64,000 nucleotides of DNA, from NCBI GenBank assembly GCA_964434945.1, contig CAYSWZ010000007.1, forward strand, positions 12,593-76,592, given 5' to 3'. Source of the DNA: an uncultured bacterium (GTDB lineage Bacteria > Eisenbacteria > RBG-16-71-46). The notes beneath the pieces were generated by a model that ran no database searches, had not been told where the DNA came from, and saw only the letters and a list, made by a program, of their open reading frames with translations. How positions within the stretch are numbered: the first letter of the stretch is position 1; the number at the start of each line of letters is the position of its first letter. Below, in pieces: positions 29,983 through 39,267 of the stretch. The position numbers were made by a program, and so were the translations under genes.

Positions 29983-31302
29983 GTGAACCGACTCGCGCCA
30001 CGACTGTTCCTGTTCGCCGTGCTGACGGCCCTGCTGTCCGCGCCGGCTCGGCCGACGGAGGCGGCGGCGGACCTGACGCGGCCGATCAGCCTCGACGCCG
30101 ATGAAGCCAGCCTGCCCGCGGTGCTCAAGATCCTGGCCGAGAAGGGGGACCTCAACATCGTCACCGGGCCGGGCGTGGCCTCCGGCAAGATCACCATCCA
30201 CCTGAAGGACGTCCCGGTGGAGCAGGCCGTGAACCTGGTGGTGCGGGCCGCGGGCCTGGCCTACGAGCGTATCGGCAACTCGATCCTCGTCGCCGACGCC
30301 AAGTCGCTCCACGACGAGACCGGGCTTTCCTCGTACACGATCGACCTCCAGTACGCCAACGCCAACGACGTGCAGGCGGCACTGAAGGGGGTGAGCGAGA
30401 ATATCGCGGTGGACCATGGCGCCAACCGGCTCATCATCGTCACCTCGCCGCGCATCATCGCCGAGATCCAGTCGATCGTCGCGCAGATGGACAAGCCCGC
30501 TCAGCAGGTGATGCTGGAGGCCCGCGTGGTGGAGGTGAGCACGGACGGATTGAAGACTCTCGGCATCGACTGGGACCAGTTGAACCGGCAGGGCTTCACG
30601 TTCGTGGAAGGGGCCGGCATCACCCCTCCCGACAACATCGAGTCGCCCCCGCCGCTCTCGGGCGGCAACCTCATTCCCAACACGCCCGGCACGAACGACA
30701 TCTGGAAGCTGGGCAACTTCTCGCGCTTCCCCAAGGTGTTCCGGGCGTACCTGGACCTCCTGATCCACGACGGCAACGCGCGCGTGCTCGCGAGCCCGAA
30801 GCTGGTGACGCTGAACGGCCAGCCGGCGACGATGCTGTCCGGGCAGCGGATCCCCTACCTCGTGAGCCAGACGGTGTTCGCGGGCGGCGCGGCCGCGCCG
30901 ACGCAGACGGTGCAGATGGAAGAGGTCGGCATCAAGCTGGCGATCACCCCGCTCATCAACGCCGACGGCTACATCACCGTGCACATCCTGCCCGAGGTCA
31001 GCTCGGTGGTCGGATTCCGCGGTGTCGCGAACGACCTGCCGGTCATCGCGACCCGGCAGGCGGAGACCACGGTGCGGCTGAAGGACGGCAATTCGGTCCT
31101 GATCGGTGGCCTGCTGGACGAAGAGAAGACCGTGAACGTCACCAAGGTGCCGCTCCTCGGGAGCATCCCGTTCTTCGGCCTGCTGTTCCAGCACCACAAC
31201 ATCACGACCAGCACCCGCGACCTGGTGATCGAAGTGACGCCGCACCTGCTGCGGGAAGACACCACGGGCGTGAAGCCGCAGGGGACGGAGCCGAAGAAGT
31301 AG
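29983..31302 (+). CDS. pilQ: type IV pilus secretin PilQ (secretin, lacking the long AMIN N-terminal domains)
   Basis: Signal peptide. N0-like domain, then the secretin core ...VLASPKLVTLNGQPATMLSGQRIPY... and ...VPLLGSIPFFGLLFQ.... Confidence 0.85.
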   Translation: MNRLAPRLFLFAVLTALLSAPARPTEAAADLTRPISLDADEASLPAVLKILAEKGDLNIVTGPGVASGKITIHLKDVPVEQAVNLVVRAAGLAYERIGNSILVADAKSLHDETGLSSYTIDLQYANANDVQAALKGVSENIAVDHGANRLIIVTSPRIIAEIQSIVAQMDKPAQQVMLEARVVEVSTDGLKTLGIDWDQLNRQGFTFVEGAGITPPDNIESPPPLSGGNLIPNTPGTNDIWKLGNFSRFPKVFRAYLDLLIHDGNARVLASPKLVTLNGQPATMLSGQRIPYLVSQTVFAGGAAAPTQTVQMEEVGIKLAITPLINADGYITVHILPEVSSVVGFRGVANDLPVIATRQAETTVRLKDGNSVLIGGLLDEEKTVNVTKVPLLGSIPFFGLLFQHHNITTSTRDLVIEVTPHLLREDTTGVKPQGTEPKK

Positions 31303-31336
31303 CGCGGGGGGCAGGGCGCGGGCGGCGCCCGCCCCG

Positions 31337-31657
31337 TCAGAACGGCCCGCGGTGGCTCATGGCCAGCACGCCGGCCAGCCAGCCGAGCCACTGGCCGAGC
31401 GCGACCGTGAGTGCGATGGTGACGAGACCCATCCCGGCGGTGGCGAGCATGGGGGTCTCCCGCCGATACCGGTAGAGCTGGACGATCAGCAGCGGGACCA
31501 GCACACCCTTCAGCAGCACGAAGGCCGGCCACGACTGGCTCGCGACCGGGGCGAGCAGCGGATTGCCCTCGCGGTTGCCGAACCAGTGGATACCGACGGA
31601 TGTGACGAACAGGTCGAGACTGTTGGCGACGACGGCAAGGAACAGGACCAGGCGCAT
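31337..31657 (-). CDS. small hypothetical membrane protein (106 aa, three predicted TM segments)
   Basis: Hydrophobic ORF, divergent from pilD. Confidence 0.4.
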   Translation of the reverse strand: MRLVLFLAVVANSLDLFVTSVGIHWFGNREGNPLLAPVASQSWPAFVLLKGVLVPLLIVQLYRYRRETPMLATAGMGLVTIALTVALGQWLGWLAGVLAMSHRGPF

Positions 31658-31745
31658 GAGCTGCAGCCCCTCGGAAGTAGGCGCACGGGTGTCGCCGGCA
31701 TATTGATGTGAACGGGCGGATCACTCAAGGAAAACGAGAGGAAAT

Positions 31746-32528
31746 TTGGCGATCAGCGGCCTGGAGTTCTTCCTCGGCACCTCGTTCTGGCTGCTGGGGG
31801 CGGTTTTCGGCAGCGGCATGACCGCCCTGTCCTGGCGGCTCCCGCGGGGGGAGTCGTGGGCACGGGGTCGCTCGAGGTGCCCCTCGTGCGGGCACGTGCT
31901 GGGCCCGCTCGAACTGGTACCCATCCTGAGCTGGGTGCTGTCCCGCGGCAGGTGCCACCACTGCTCGGCCCGGGTGAGCGTGCGCTATCCCGTGATCGAG
32001 CTGGCATGCGCGCTGTGGTCCCTGCTCGCGTGGTTGCGCCTCGGGCCGGTGCCCGAGCTGGCCGCGGTGCTGCCGTGGGGCTGGCTGCTCGTGGCGCTCA
32101 CCGTCATCGACCTCGACTTCAAGCTGCTCCCGGATGCACTCACGCTCCCCGGAACGCTGCTCGGCGTCGCGGCGGCGCTGCTCGGTCCCGGCGCCCGCCA
32201 CGCGCTGCTCGGGATCGTGGTGGGAAGCGGCTACCTGTGGCTGTTCGCGTGGATCTGGGCCACGTTCCTGAAGCGCGAGGGGATGGGCGGCGGCGACATC
32301 AAGCTGGCGGCCATGTTCGGCGCGCTTCTCGGGCCCGTCGGGGCATTTCTCACCATCACGCTCGCGGCGTTCGGGGGCGCGCTCACCGGGGCAGTGCTCA
32401 TGGCGCGCGGCCGGGGCGGCATGCGGAGTGAGCTGCCGTTCGGCACGTTCCTCGCCCCCGCCGCCATGGTGGTGTTTCTCTGGGGCGCGCGCTGGGTCGA
32501 CGCGTACCTGTCGCTCCTCCGGCACTGA
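31746..32528 (+). CDS. pilD: prepilin peptidase (A24 family), N-methyltransferase type with a zinc-binding CxxC...CxxC motif
   Basis: CPSCGH...CHHCSA, and the catalytic Asp region ...GMGGGDIKLAAMFGALLG.... Confidence 0.85.
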   Translation: MAISGLEFFLGTSFWLLGAVFGSGMTALSWRLPRGESWARGRSRCPSCGHVLGPLELVPILSWVLSRGRCHHCSARVSVRYPVIELACALWSLLAWLRLGPVPELAAVLPWGWLLVALTVIDLDFKLLPDALTLPGTLLGVAAALLGPGARHALLGIVVGSGYLWLFAWIWATFLKREGMGGGDIKLAAMFGALLGPVGAFLTITLAAFGGALTGAVLMARGRGGMRSELPFGTFLAPAAMVVFLWGARWVDAYLSLLRH

Positions 32529-32670
32529 GGGGCGGAGCGGACCGGGAAAGCCGAGGGCGGACGCCGCATCGCCGGGGCGCTTGCCGAGCCGCGCCCGCCA
32601 CGCTAGCGTGACCGCCTCGCCGCCCAGCGCAGGCCGTCACTCCCCCGCCGGCGGCACCGGAGGCCCCCAG

Positions 32671-33663
32671 TTGACCGCCCAGGACGCGCAGCGACCGCCG
32701 GCGCGCAGCATTGCGCGCGGGCGGACCATCCTCGCACTCGCACTGCTGGCCGCTTTTGCGTGCCTGCCCGGCTGCTCCATCAAGCGGCTGGCGGTGAACA
32801 ACGTCGCCAACACGCTCACCCAGGGCCCGGACGTGTTCGGCACCGACGACGATCCGGAGCTGGTCGCCGACGCGCTGCCGTTCGGACTCAAGACCATGGA
32901 ATCGCTGCTCGCCACGCTCCCCAAGCACGAGGGGCTGCTGCTCATGCTGTGCAAGAGCTTCACCGAGTACTCGTACGCGTTCGTGCAATCCGAGGGCGAC
33001 CTGCTCGTGAACAGCGACTACCGGCGCGCGAGCGCGCTGCACGAGCGTGCGTTCAAGCTCTACCTGCGCGCGCGCGGGTACGGGCTCCGCCTGCTCGCGC
33101 TCCACCACCCCGGGATCGCCGACTCGCTGCGGATCTCGCCCGACCGCGCCGTGGCGAAGCTCACCAGCAAGGACGTGCCCGCCCTCTACTGGACGGGCGC
33201 GAGCTGGGGCTCGGCGATCGCCCTCGGCAAGGACCGGCCCGAAATGCTCGCAGACCTGCCGGCGATCCGGGCGCTCGTGAGCCGCGGCCTGGCGCTCGAC
33301 GAGCGCTACGAGGGTGGCGCGTTCCACGAGGCCGCGATCGTGCTCGACGCGCTTCCGCCGGCGATGGGCGGCTCGACGGCATCGGCGCGCAAGCACTTCC
33401 AGCGCGCCGTCGAGCTGTCGAACGACACCAAGCCTTCACCGTACGTGACGCTCGCGCAGAGCGTGTCCGTTCTGGAGCAGAACCGGGCCGAGTTCCGGCA
33501 GCTGCTCGAGCGCGCGCTCACGTTCGATCCCGACCGCGACCCGACCCAGCGGCTCTCGACCATCGTCCTGCAGCGCAAGGCGCGCGCGCTGCTCGACCGC
33601 CAGGACGAGTTCTTCCTCGACGACGCCACCGCCCCCGACACCACGAAGGGACAGGAGAAATGA
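32671..33663 (+). CDS. TRAP-transporter-associated TPR lipoprotein (TatT family)
   Basis: Lipobox LPGCS. TatT-like helical region ...EGGAFHEAAIVLDALPPAMGGSTASARKHFQRAVELS.... Sits immediately upstream of a DctP-type substrate-binding protein. Confidence 0.55.
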   Translation: MTAQDAQRPPARSIARGRTILALALLAAFACLPGCSIKRLAVNNVANTLTQGPDVFGTDDDPELVADALPFGLKTMESLLATLPKHEGLLLMLCKSFTEYSYAFVQSEGDLLVNSDYRRASALHERAFKLYLRARGYGLRLLALHHPGIADSLRISPDRAVAKLTSKDVPALYWTGASWGSAIALGKDRPEMLADLPAIRALVSRGLALDERYEGGAFHEAAIVLDALPPAMGGSTASARKHFQRAVELSNDTKPSPYVTLAQSVSVLEQNRAEFRQLLERALTFDPDRDPTQRLSTIVLQRKARALLDRQDEFFLDDATAPDTTKGQEK

Positions 33664-34706
33664 TGACCCGCACGACACACCGAAAGCGGACCATGCTCCC
33701 GCTGTTGCTCACGCTCACGCTCGCGGCCGGGGTCGCCGTGGCGCCGCATGCCGCACGCGCCCAGACCTCGGTCGTCAAGCTCGCCACGCTCGTGCCCGAG
33801 GGATCGGTGTGGGACAAGGCGCTCCGCGACATGGGCGCCGAATGGTCGACGGCGACGCAGGGGCGCGTGTCGCTGCGCGTGTATCCCGGCGGCGTTGCGG
33901 GCGACGAGCCGGATGTCGTCCGCAAGATGCGCATCGGCCAGCTCCAGGCCGCCGCGATCACGACGGCCGGCCTCGCCTCGATCGATCCGTCGTTCAACGT
34001 CTTCAACGTTCCCATGTTCTTCACCTCCTACCCCGAGCTCTATGCCACGCTCGACAAGCTGGAGCCGGTGCTCAAGGCGCGGCTCGACGCGAAGGGCTTC
34101 GTACTCCTGTCCTGGGGCCACGGTGGCTGGGTGTACTTCTTCACGAAGACCCCGGTGGAATCGGTGGACGGCCTGCGCAAGTCGAAGATGTTCACGTGGG
34201 CGGGTGACGACGAGATGGTGGCCATCTGGAAGGCCAAGGGGTTCAACCCGGTGCCGCTGGCCGCGACCGACATCATGACCGGCCTCCAGACCGGAATGAT
34301 CGACTCCTATCCGACCACGCCGCTGCTGGGACTCACGCTCCAGTGGTACCGGCAGACCCCGAACATGGTGGGCATGGGCATGGCGCCGCTCGTGGGCGGG
34401 CTGGTGATGAGCAAGGCGGCGTGGCTCAAGCTGCCCGAGGCCGACCGCGCGAACGTCCAGACGGCCTGTGACCGGATGGAGCGACGGCTCGAGGTCGAGG
34501 TCCCGCGCCAGGACACGACCGCCGTGGCCGAGATGCAGAAGCGCGGCCTCAAGGTGAACGCTGTCAGCGCCGCGAACGCCAGCCAGTTCCGGAGCGTGGC
34601 CGAGGATTTCGCCACCGCCATGACCGGAGTGCGCATCCCGCCCGACGTGCTGGCGCTGGCGCGCAAGGAACGCGACGCTTTCCGGGCGCGAAACGCCGGG
34701 CACTAG
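33660..34706 (+). CDS. TRAP transporter substrate-binding protein (DctP family)
   Basis: Signal peptide, plus ...KLATLVPEGSVWDKAL...RVYPGG.... No DctQ or DctM permease genes follow. Confidence 0.7.
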   Translation: MMTRTTHRKRTMLPLLLTLTLAAGVAVAPHAARAQTSVVKLATLVPEGSVWDKALRDMGAEWSTATQGRVSLRVYPGGVAGDEPDVVRKMRIGQLQAAAITTAGLASIDPSFNVFNVPMFFTSYPELYATLDKLEPVLKARLDAKGFVLLSWGHGGWVYFFTKTPVESVDGLRKSKMFTWAGDDEMVAIWKAKGFNPVPLAATDIMTGLQTGMIDSYPTTPLLGLTLQWYRQTPNMVGMGMAPLVGGLVMSKAAWLKLPEADRANVQTACDRMERRLEVEVPRQDTTAVAEMQKRGLKVNAVSAANASQFRSVAEDFATAMTGVRIPPDVLALARKERDAFRARNAGH

Positions 34707-34749
34707 GGAGAACGCCGACTCGCGCGACGTTCTCGAAACGGAGGACACG

Positions 34750-35214
34750 TTGACGAGTTCCCAGATGGTCCCGACCCGCGGTGGGTGGTTGCTGATCGCG
34801 TGCGCCATGGCGATGTCGGCCGTCGTCTACATCGTCGTGATCCAGACGCTGCTCGCCAGCGGGCCACCGCCCGTGGCCCCCGACGCGCCGGTCCCCAGGG
34901 CGCTGTTCCGGGGCGCGGCCGCAGGGTTCGTCGTGGCGTCCATGCTGTGGACCCAGCTCCGGCTGCGATCCCCGATCCGCCAGGCCGCGAGCAGCGTGCC
35001 TCCCGGACAGTTGTTCGGCCCCGCCGAGTTCCAGCTGCGGAGCGTCGTCTCGCTCGCGCTCGCCGAAGTGGCGTGCGTGCTGGGGTTCGTGCAGGCGTTG
35101 ATGTTCCGGGCGCCGCTTCGGGACTATTTCCCGTTCGGGGCGGCGACGGTGCTGGTTGTCGTCCTCGACATCATCCCCGTCGGGCTCCGGTACTGGAGCA
35201 GCCGGGAAGCGTGA
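34750..35214 (+). CDS. hypothetical membrane protein (four predicted TM segments)
   Basis: Hydrophobic 154-aa ORF with no family assignment. It may substitute for a DctQ-like subunit, but this is unproven. Confidence 0.4.
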   Translation: MTSSQMVPTRGGWLLIACAMAMSAVVYIVVIQTLLASGPPPVAPDAPVPRALFRGAAAGFVVASMLWTQLRLRSPIRQAASSVPPGQLFGPAEFQLRSVVSLALAEVACVLGFVQALMFRAPLRDYFPFGAATVLVVVLDIIPVGLRYWSSREA

Positions 35215-35285
35215 CGCCGGCCCGCCCTCGAGCGAGCGCTCCCGAGCGCGGCGGGCGGGGCGGGCGTCGTGATCGCCGGCTGCGC

Positions 35286-35306
35286 CGGCTGAGGATCGCT
35301 CAGCCG
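35286..35306. terminator. convergent hairpin: cggctgag - gatcg - ctcagccg (8-bp perfect stem) overlapping the yebC stop codon
   Basis: Perfect 8-bp stem with a 5-nt loop between convergent genes. No U-tract follows. Confidence 0.35.
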
Positions 35307-36022
35307 AGGTTGTGGAAGACGCGCTGGACGTCCTCGTCCTGCTCCAGCGCATCCACCAGCTTCAGCACCGAGTTCGCCTGGCCCTCGGGGAGCTCGACGG
35401 GAGTCTGCGGGACGTACTCCAGCTCGGACGAGATCGGCGTGACCTTCCGGTCCTCGAGCGCCTTGGCCAGGTGCCCGAAGTCCCCGAACGCGCAGCGCAG
35501 CAGCAGCTGCGGCTCGCCCTTCTCGCCCGCGGTCTCGCCCAGCTCCTCCAGTCCGTGATCGATCAGCTCGAGTTCCAGCGCATCGGCGTCGATCCCGGCG
35601 GGGTTCAGCCGGAACACGCCCATGTGCTTGAAGTGGAACGCGACGCTGTTCGTGCTGCCCATGTGGCCGCCGCCCTTGGTGAAGTGGTGGCGGATGTTGG
35701 CCACCGTCCGCACCGCATTGTCCGTGGCGCACTCCACCAGGATCGCCACGCCGTGCGGGCCGTAGCCTTCGTACATGATCTCGTCGTAGCCCGCGGTGTC
35801 CACGCCCGCGGCCTTCTTGATGGCGCTCTCGACCTTGTCCTTCGGCATGTTGACGGCGCGCGCGTTCTGGATGACGCGCCGCAGCGAAGGGTTCGAGTCG
35901 GGGTTCGGTCCGCCCTTCTTGACCGCGATGGTGATCTCTTTGCCGATGCGCGCGAACGCCTTGGACATCCGGTCCCAGCGCGCGAACATGGTGGCCTTGC
36001 GGGTTTCGAAGATGCGTCCCAT
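35300..36022 (-). CDS. yebC: YebC/PmpR family DNA-binding transcriptional regulator
   Basis: Highly conserved: ...[56 protein letters not shown].... Confidence 0.9.
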   Translation of the reverse strand: MGRIFETRKATMFARWDRMSKAFARIGKEITIAVKKGGPNPDSNPSLRRVIQNARAVNMPKDKVESAIKKAAGVDTAGYDEIMYEGYGPHGVAILVECATDNAVRTVANIRHHFTKGGGHMGSTNSVAFHFKHMGVFRLNPAGIDADALELELIDHGLEELGETAGEKGEPQLLLRCAFGDFGHLAKALEDRKVTPISSELEYVPQTPVELPEGQANSVLKLVDALEQDEDVQRVFHNLG

Positions 36023-36160
36023 GGGGAGGATTCCGTTGCGAGGGGTGGACCAGCGTCGGGTTCGGGGCCGTGCGGTCGCAGGGCCACCCCATAGGATAAT
36101 CGTCCCGGGTGACGCATTCAACGCGTCGCCGCCCGATCCGGCGCGGCTCCGGCCGTTCGC

Positions 36161-36769
36161 TCAGTGCCCCGCAGCCGCCGCCCGGTCCGCGCCGCTGGAG
36201 TCGGCGGCCGCCCCCTCGGGTGCGGGCGGCGCCGCCTCGCTCACGCGCTTCAGGTTCGCGAGCCCGCTCTCGAAGTCCCTTCCGAGCATGCGGTCCATGC
36301 TCATGAACAGCGTCATCACCTTGGCCATGTAGTCGTTGGTTCCGTCCATCGCCCAGGTCACCCGGCTGCCGTCGCCATCGGGCACGATGCTCAAGTGGAC
36401 CTCGCTCGTCGACTTCCAGGGCTTGAGGAACTGGAGCCGCAGCACCACCTCGTCCGGCGGAACGCAGCCGGTGAGCGTCATGCGCCCCTCGCCGACCTGG
36501 TCGTTGCCGGACCAGACGTAACTGGAGCCCGGGCCCACGCCCGAACCTTCGATCGAACTCCGCATCGCCGGGTCGAGGTTCTGCCACGGGGACCATTCGT
36601 GGAACCGGCGGAGGTCGTTGACGATCGCGAACACCGTCCCCGGCGACGCGCCCGTGCTGACGCTGCGCTCGATGTGGAACGCCGCCGGGCGGGTGCCGGC
36701 GATCGCCAGCAGCGCGATCACCGCGGCGGTGATGAACAGGAACAGGGCGAGCGCAGCCTTGCGAATCAT
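36161..36769 (-). CDS. SRPBCC-family (polyketide-cyclase/START-like) protein with an N-terminal TM/signal segment
   Basis: ...VNDLRRFHEWSPW... The low-complexity C-terminal tail is Ala/Pro-rich. Confidence 0.55.
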   Translation of the reverse strand: MIRKAALALFLFITAAVIALLAIAGTRPAAFHIERSVSTGASPGTVFAIVNDLRRFHEWSPWQNLDPAMRSSIEGSGVGPGSSYVWSGNDQVGEGRMTLTGCVPPDEVVLRLQFLKPWKSTSEVHLSIVPDGDGSRVTWAMDGTNDYMAKVMTLFMSMDRMLGRDFESGLANLKRVSEAAPPAPEGAAADSSGADRAAAAGH

Positions 36770-37113
36770 GGGAGCGGCCTCCGGGAGCGCAACGACCACG
36801 GAGCGTAGTCGCACACGGGAACGCCCGTCCATCGCGGGGTCGTGTCCGCGGACCGGATTCCCGCCGCTTTCCCCCACGCCGGGCGCCGCGCGAAATGTGA
36901 ATTCGGCACGGCTTCGCAACCGCAGCAGACAGGCCGGGTTGCCCGGTTGCCCTTGCTTCCCCGCCCCCCGGCGCTAGCGTTGCAGGTGCGGCAGCGCCGG
37001 GCGAATCACGCAGCTTCGAGGCCGGCGCCACCTACGTGCGCACCAATCCGCTCGGGCCCGCCGCAGGCCCGTTCCGGGCGGCGTGCGCACAGACACCCAT
37101 GGGGTGAGGAGTC

Positions 37114-39171
37114 ATGTCGGAAGTCGTGAGGTTGGTGCCGCTCGTGCTCGCAGGTCTGGGGATTCTCGTCGTGCTGTTCCTGCTGGCCGGGATCCGCTTC
37201 ATCCCCAACAACAAGGTCGGCATCGTCGAGATGCGGATCAGTCCCAAGGGCTCGCTCGACAAGGGCGTCATTGCGCTCAACGCGGAGGCCGGGTTCCAGC
37301 CCGAGGTGTTGCGCGGCGGGCTCCACTACCTGCTGCCCATCCAGTACGACATCCACATCGTGCCGCTGGTCACGATCCCGCAGGGGAAGATCGGCTACGT
37401 GTTCGCGCGCGACGGCCAGCCGTTGCCGCCGTCGCAGACGCTGGCGTCGAATGCCTCGGCAGCGGACTTCCAGAGCGTCGCCGAGTTCCTTCGCAAGGGT
37501 GGCCAGCGCGGACCGCAGCGGAAGATCGTGCGCGAGGGCACGTACGCCATCAACCTCGCGCAATTCGTGGTGATCACCGAGGAGCGCCTCTACTACCTGC
37601 CGCTCGAGAAGGGCGAGGAGGAGATGTTCCAGCGCATGGCCAAGGTGCTGCGCGAGCGCGAGGGATTCGCTCCGGTCGTCATCAAGGGCACCGACGACAA
37701 CATCGGCATCATCACCGTGCACGACGGGCCGTCGCTGCCGGTCGGCCAGATCATCGCGCCCACCGTGGGCGAGGAGCCCACGAACGCGAACACGTACCAC
37801 AACAGCTTCCAGGACCCGGAGCGGTTCCTGGCCGCGGGTGGCCTGCGCGGGCGGCAACTCCAGGTCCTGGTCGAGGGCACGTACTACATCAACCGCCTGT
37901 TCGCGACGGTCGAGATGGTGCCGAAGACCGTGGTCGAGGTGGGCAATGTCGGGGTCGTCGTGTCGTACACGGGGGAGACCGGCGAGGACCTCTCGGGCAC
38001 CGACTACAAGCACGGCGAGTTGGTGATCAAGGGCACCCGCGGCGTGTGGAGCGAGGGCCTGCTGCCGGGCAAGTACGCGTTCAACACCTACGCCGGCAAG
38101 TGCATCATGGTGCCGACCACGAACTTCATCCTGAAATGGACCCGGGGGGAGACCGGCTCCCACAAGTACGACGAGAACCTGTCCGAGGTGGCGCTGATCA
38201 CCAAGGACGCGTTCGAGCCGTCACTGCCGCTGTCGGTGGTGGTGCACATCGACTATCGCAAGGCGCCGCTGGTGATCCAGCGCTTCGGCGACATCAAGAA
38301 GCTGGTCGAGCAGACGCTGGATCCCATGGTGTCCGCGTACTTCAAGAACATCGGGCAGACGCGCACGCTCATCCAGCTCATCCAGGACCGCAGCGCCATC
38401 CAGCAGATCGCGGGCGAGCAGATGAAGGAGAAGTTCGGGCAGTACAACCTCGAGCTGCAGGAGGTGCTGATCGGCACGCCCACGTCGGGCGGCCAGGGCG
38501 GGCAGATCGAGCAGATCCTGATCCAGCTCCGCTCGCGCCAGATCGCCACCGAGCAGGTCGAGACCTACAACCGCCAGGAGCAGGCGGCGGTCAAGGAACG
38601 CGAGCTGCGCGAGGCCGAGGCGCGCGCGAAACAGCAGACCAGCATCACCGAGTCCGAGCTGTCGATCGTGGTGCAGTCCAACACCGGCAAGGCCGACCTG
38701 GCGCGCGCGCAGCAGGAGGCCACCAAGATCCAGACCATCGCCGGCGCCGAGGCGACGCGCATCCGCATCCTCGGCGAGGGCGAGGCGGGCAAGGTCCTGG
38801 CGCTCGCGGGGGCCGAGGCCCAGCGCGCCGCCCGCGTCGGCATCGCGCAGGCCATGGCGATCGAGGAGCAGGTCCGCGCCTACGGCGGCCCGCGCTTCCA
38901 GCTCACCCAGCAGGTCATGAACCGCTTCTCCGAGGCCATCCAGGCCTCGGGGGTGGACGTGGTCCCGCGCGTCGTCGTGGGCGGCGGCGGCCACGACGGG
39001 AACGGCGACGGCAGCCCCGCGACGGGCAACGTCATGCAGGCGCTCCTGACGCTCCTCCTCTCGGAGAAGATCGGGGCGGACGTGGCCGCGCCCAGCACGC
39101 CGAGGAGCAGCGACGCGGAGGCGGTACGGAAGAAGATCCGCGACGGGCTGGAGAGCGGCAACCAGAACTGA
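37114..39171 (+). CDS. flotillin-like SPFH/band-7 protein (685 aa)
   Basis: N-terminal TM segment, an SPFH domain, then a long Glu/Ala/Gln coiled-coil flotillin tail. Confidence 0.85.
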   Translation: MSEVVRLVPLVLAGLGILVVLFLLAGIRFIPNNKVGIVEMRISPKGSLDKGVIALNAEAGFQPEVLRGGLHYLLPIQYDIHIVPLVTIPQGKIGYVFARDGQPLPPSQTLASNASAADFQSVAEFLRKGGQRGPQRKIVREGTYAINLAQFVVITEERLYYLPLEKGEEEMFQRMAKVLREREGFAPVVIKGTDDNIGIITVHDGPSLPVGQIIAPTVGEEPTNANTYHNSFQDPERFLAAGGLRGRQLQVLVEGTYYINRLFATVEMVPKTVVEVGNVGVVVSYTGETGEDLSGTDYKHGELVIKGTRGVWSEGLLPGKYAFNTYAGKCIMVPTTNFILKWTRGETGSHKYDENLSEVALITKDAFEPSLPLSVVVHIDYRKAPLVIQRFGDIKKLVEQTLDPMVSAYFKNIGQTRTLIQLIQDRSAIQQIAGEQMKEKFGQYNLELQEVLIGTPTSGGQGGQIEQILIQLRSRQIATEQVETYNRQEQAAVKERELREAEARAKQQTSITESELSIVVQSNTGKADLARAQQEATKIQTIAGAEATRIRILGEGEAGKVLALAGAEAQRAARVGIAQAMAIEEQVRAYGGPRFQLTQQVMNRFSEAIQASGVDVVPRVVVGGGGHDGNGDGSPATGNVMQALLTLLLSEKIGADVAAPSTPRSSDAEAVRKKIRDGLESGNQN

Positions 39172-39267
39172 TCACGGAGCTTGCGTGCGGTGCGGGGCCG
39201 GTCCGCGAGGGCCGGCCCCGCCCGCTTCGTCCAGGAACCCGCCCGGACCGGCCAAAGCCCTAAGTCC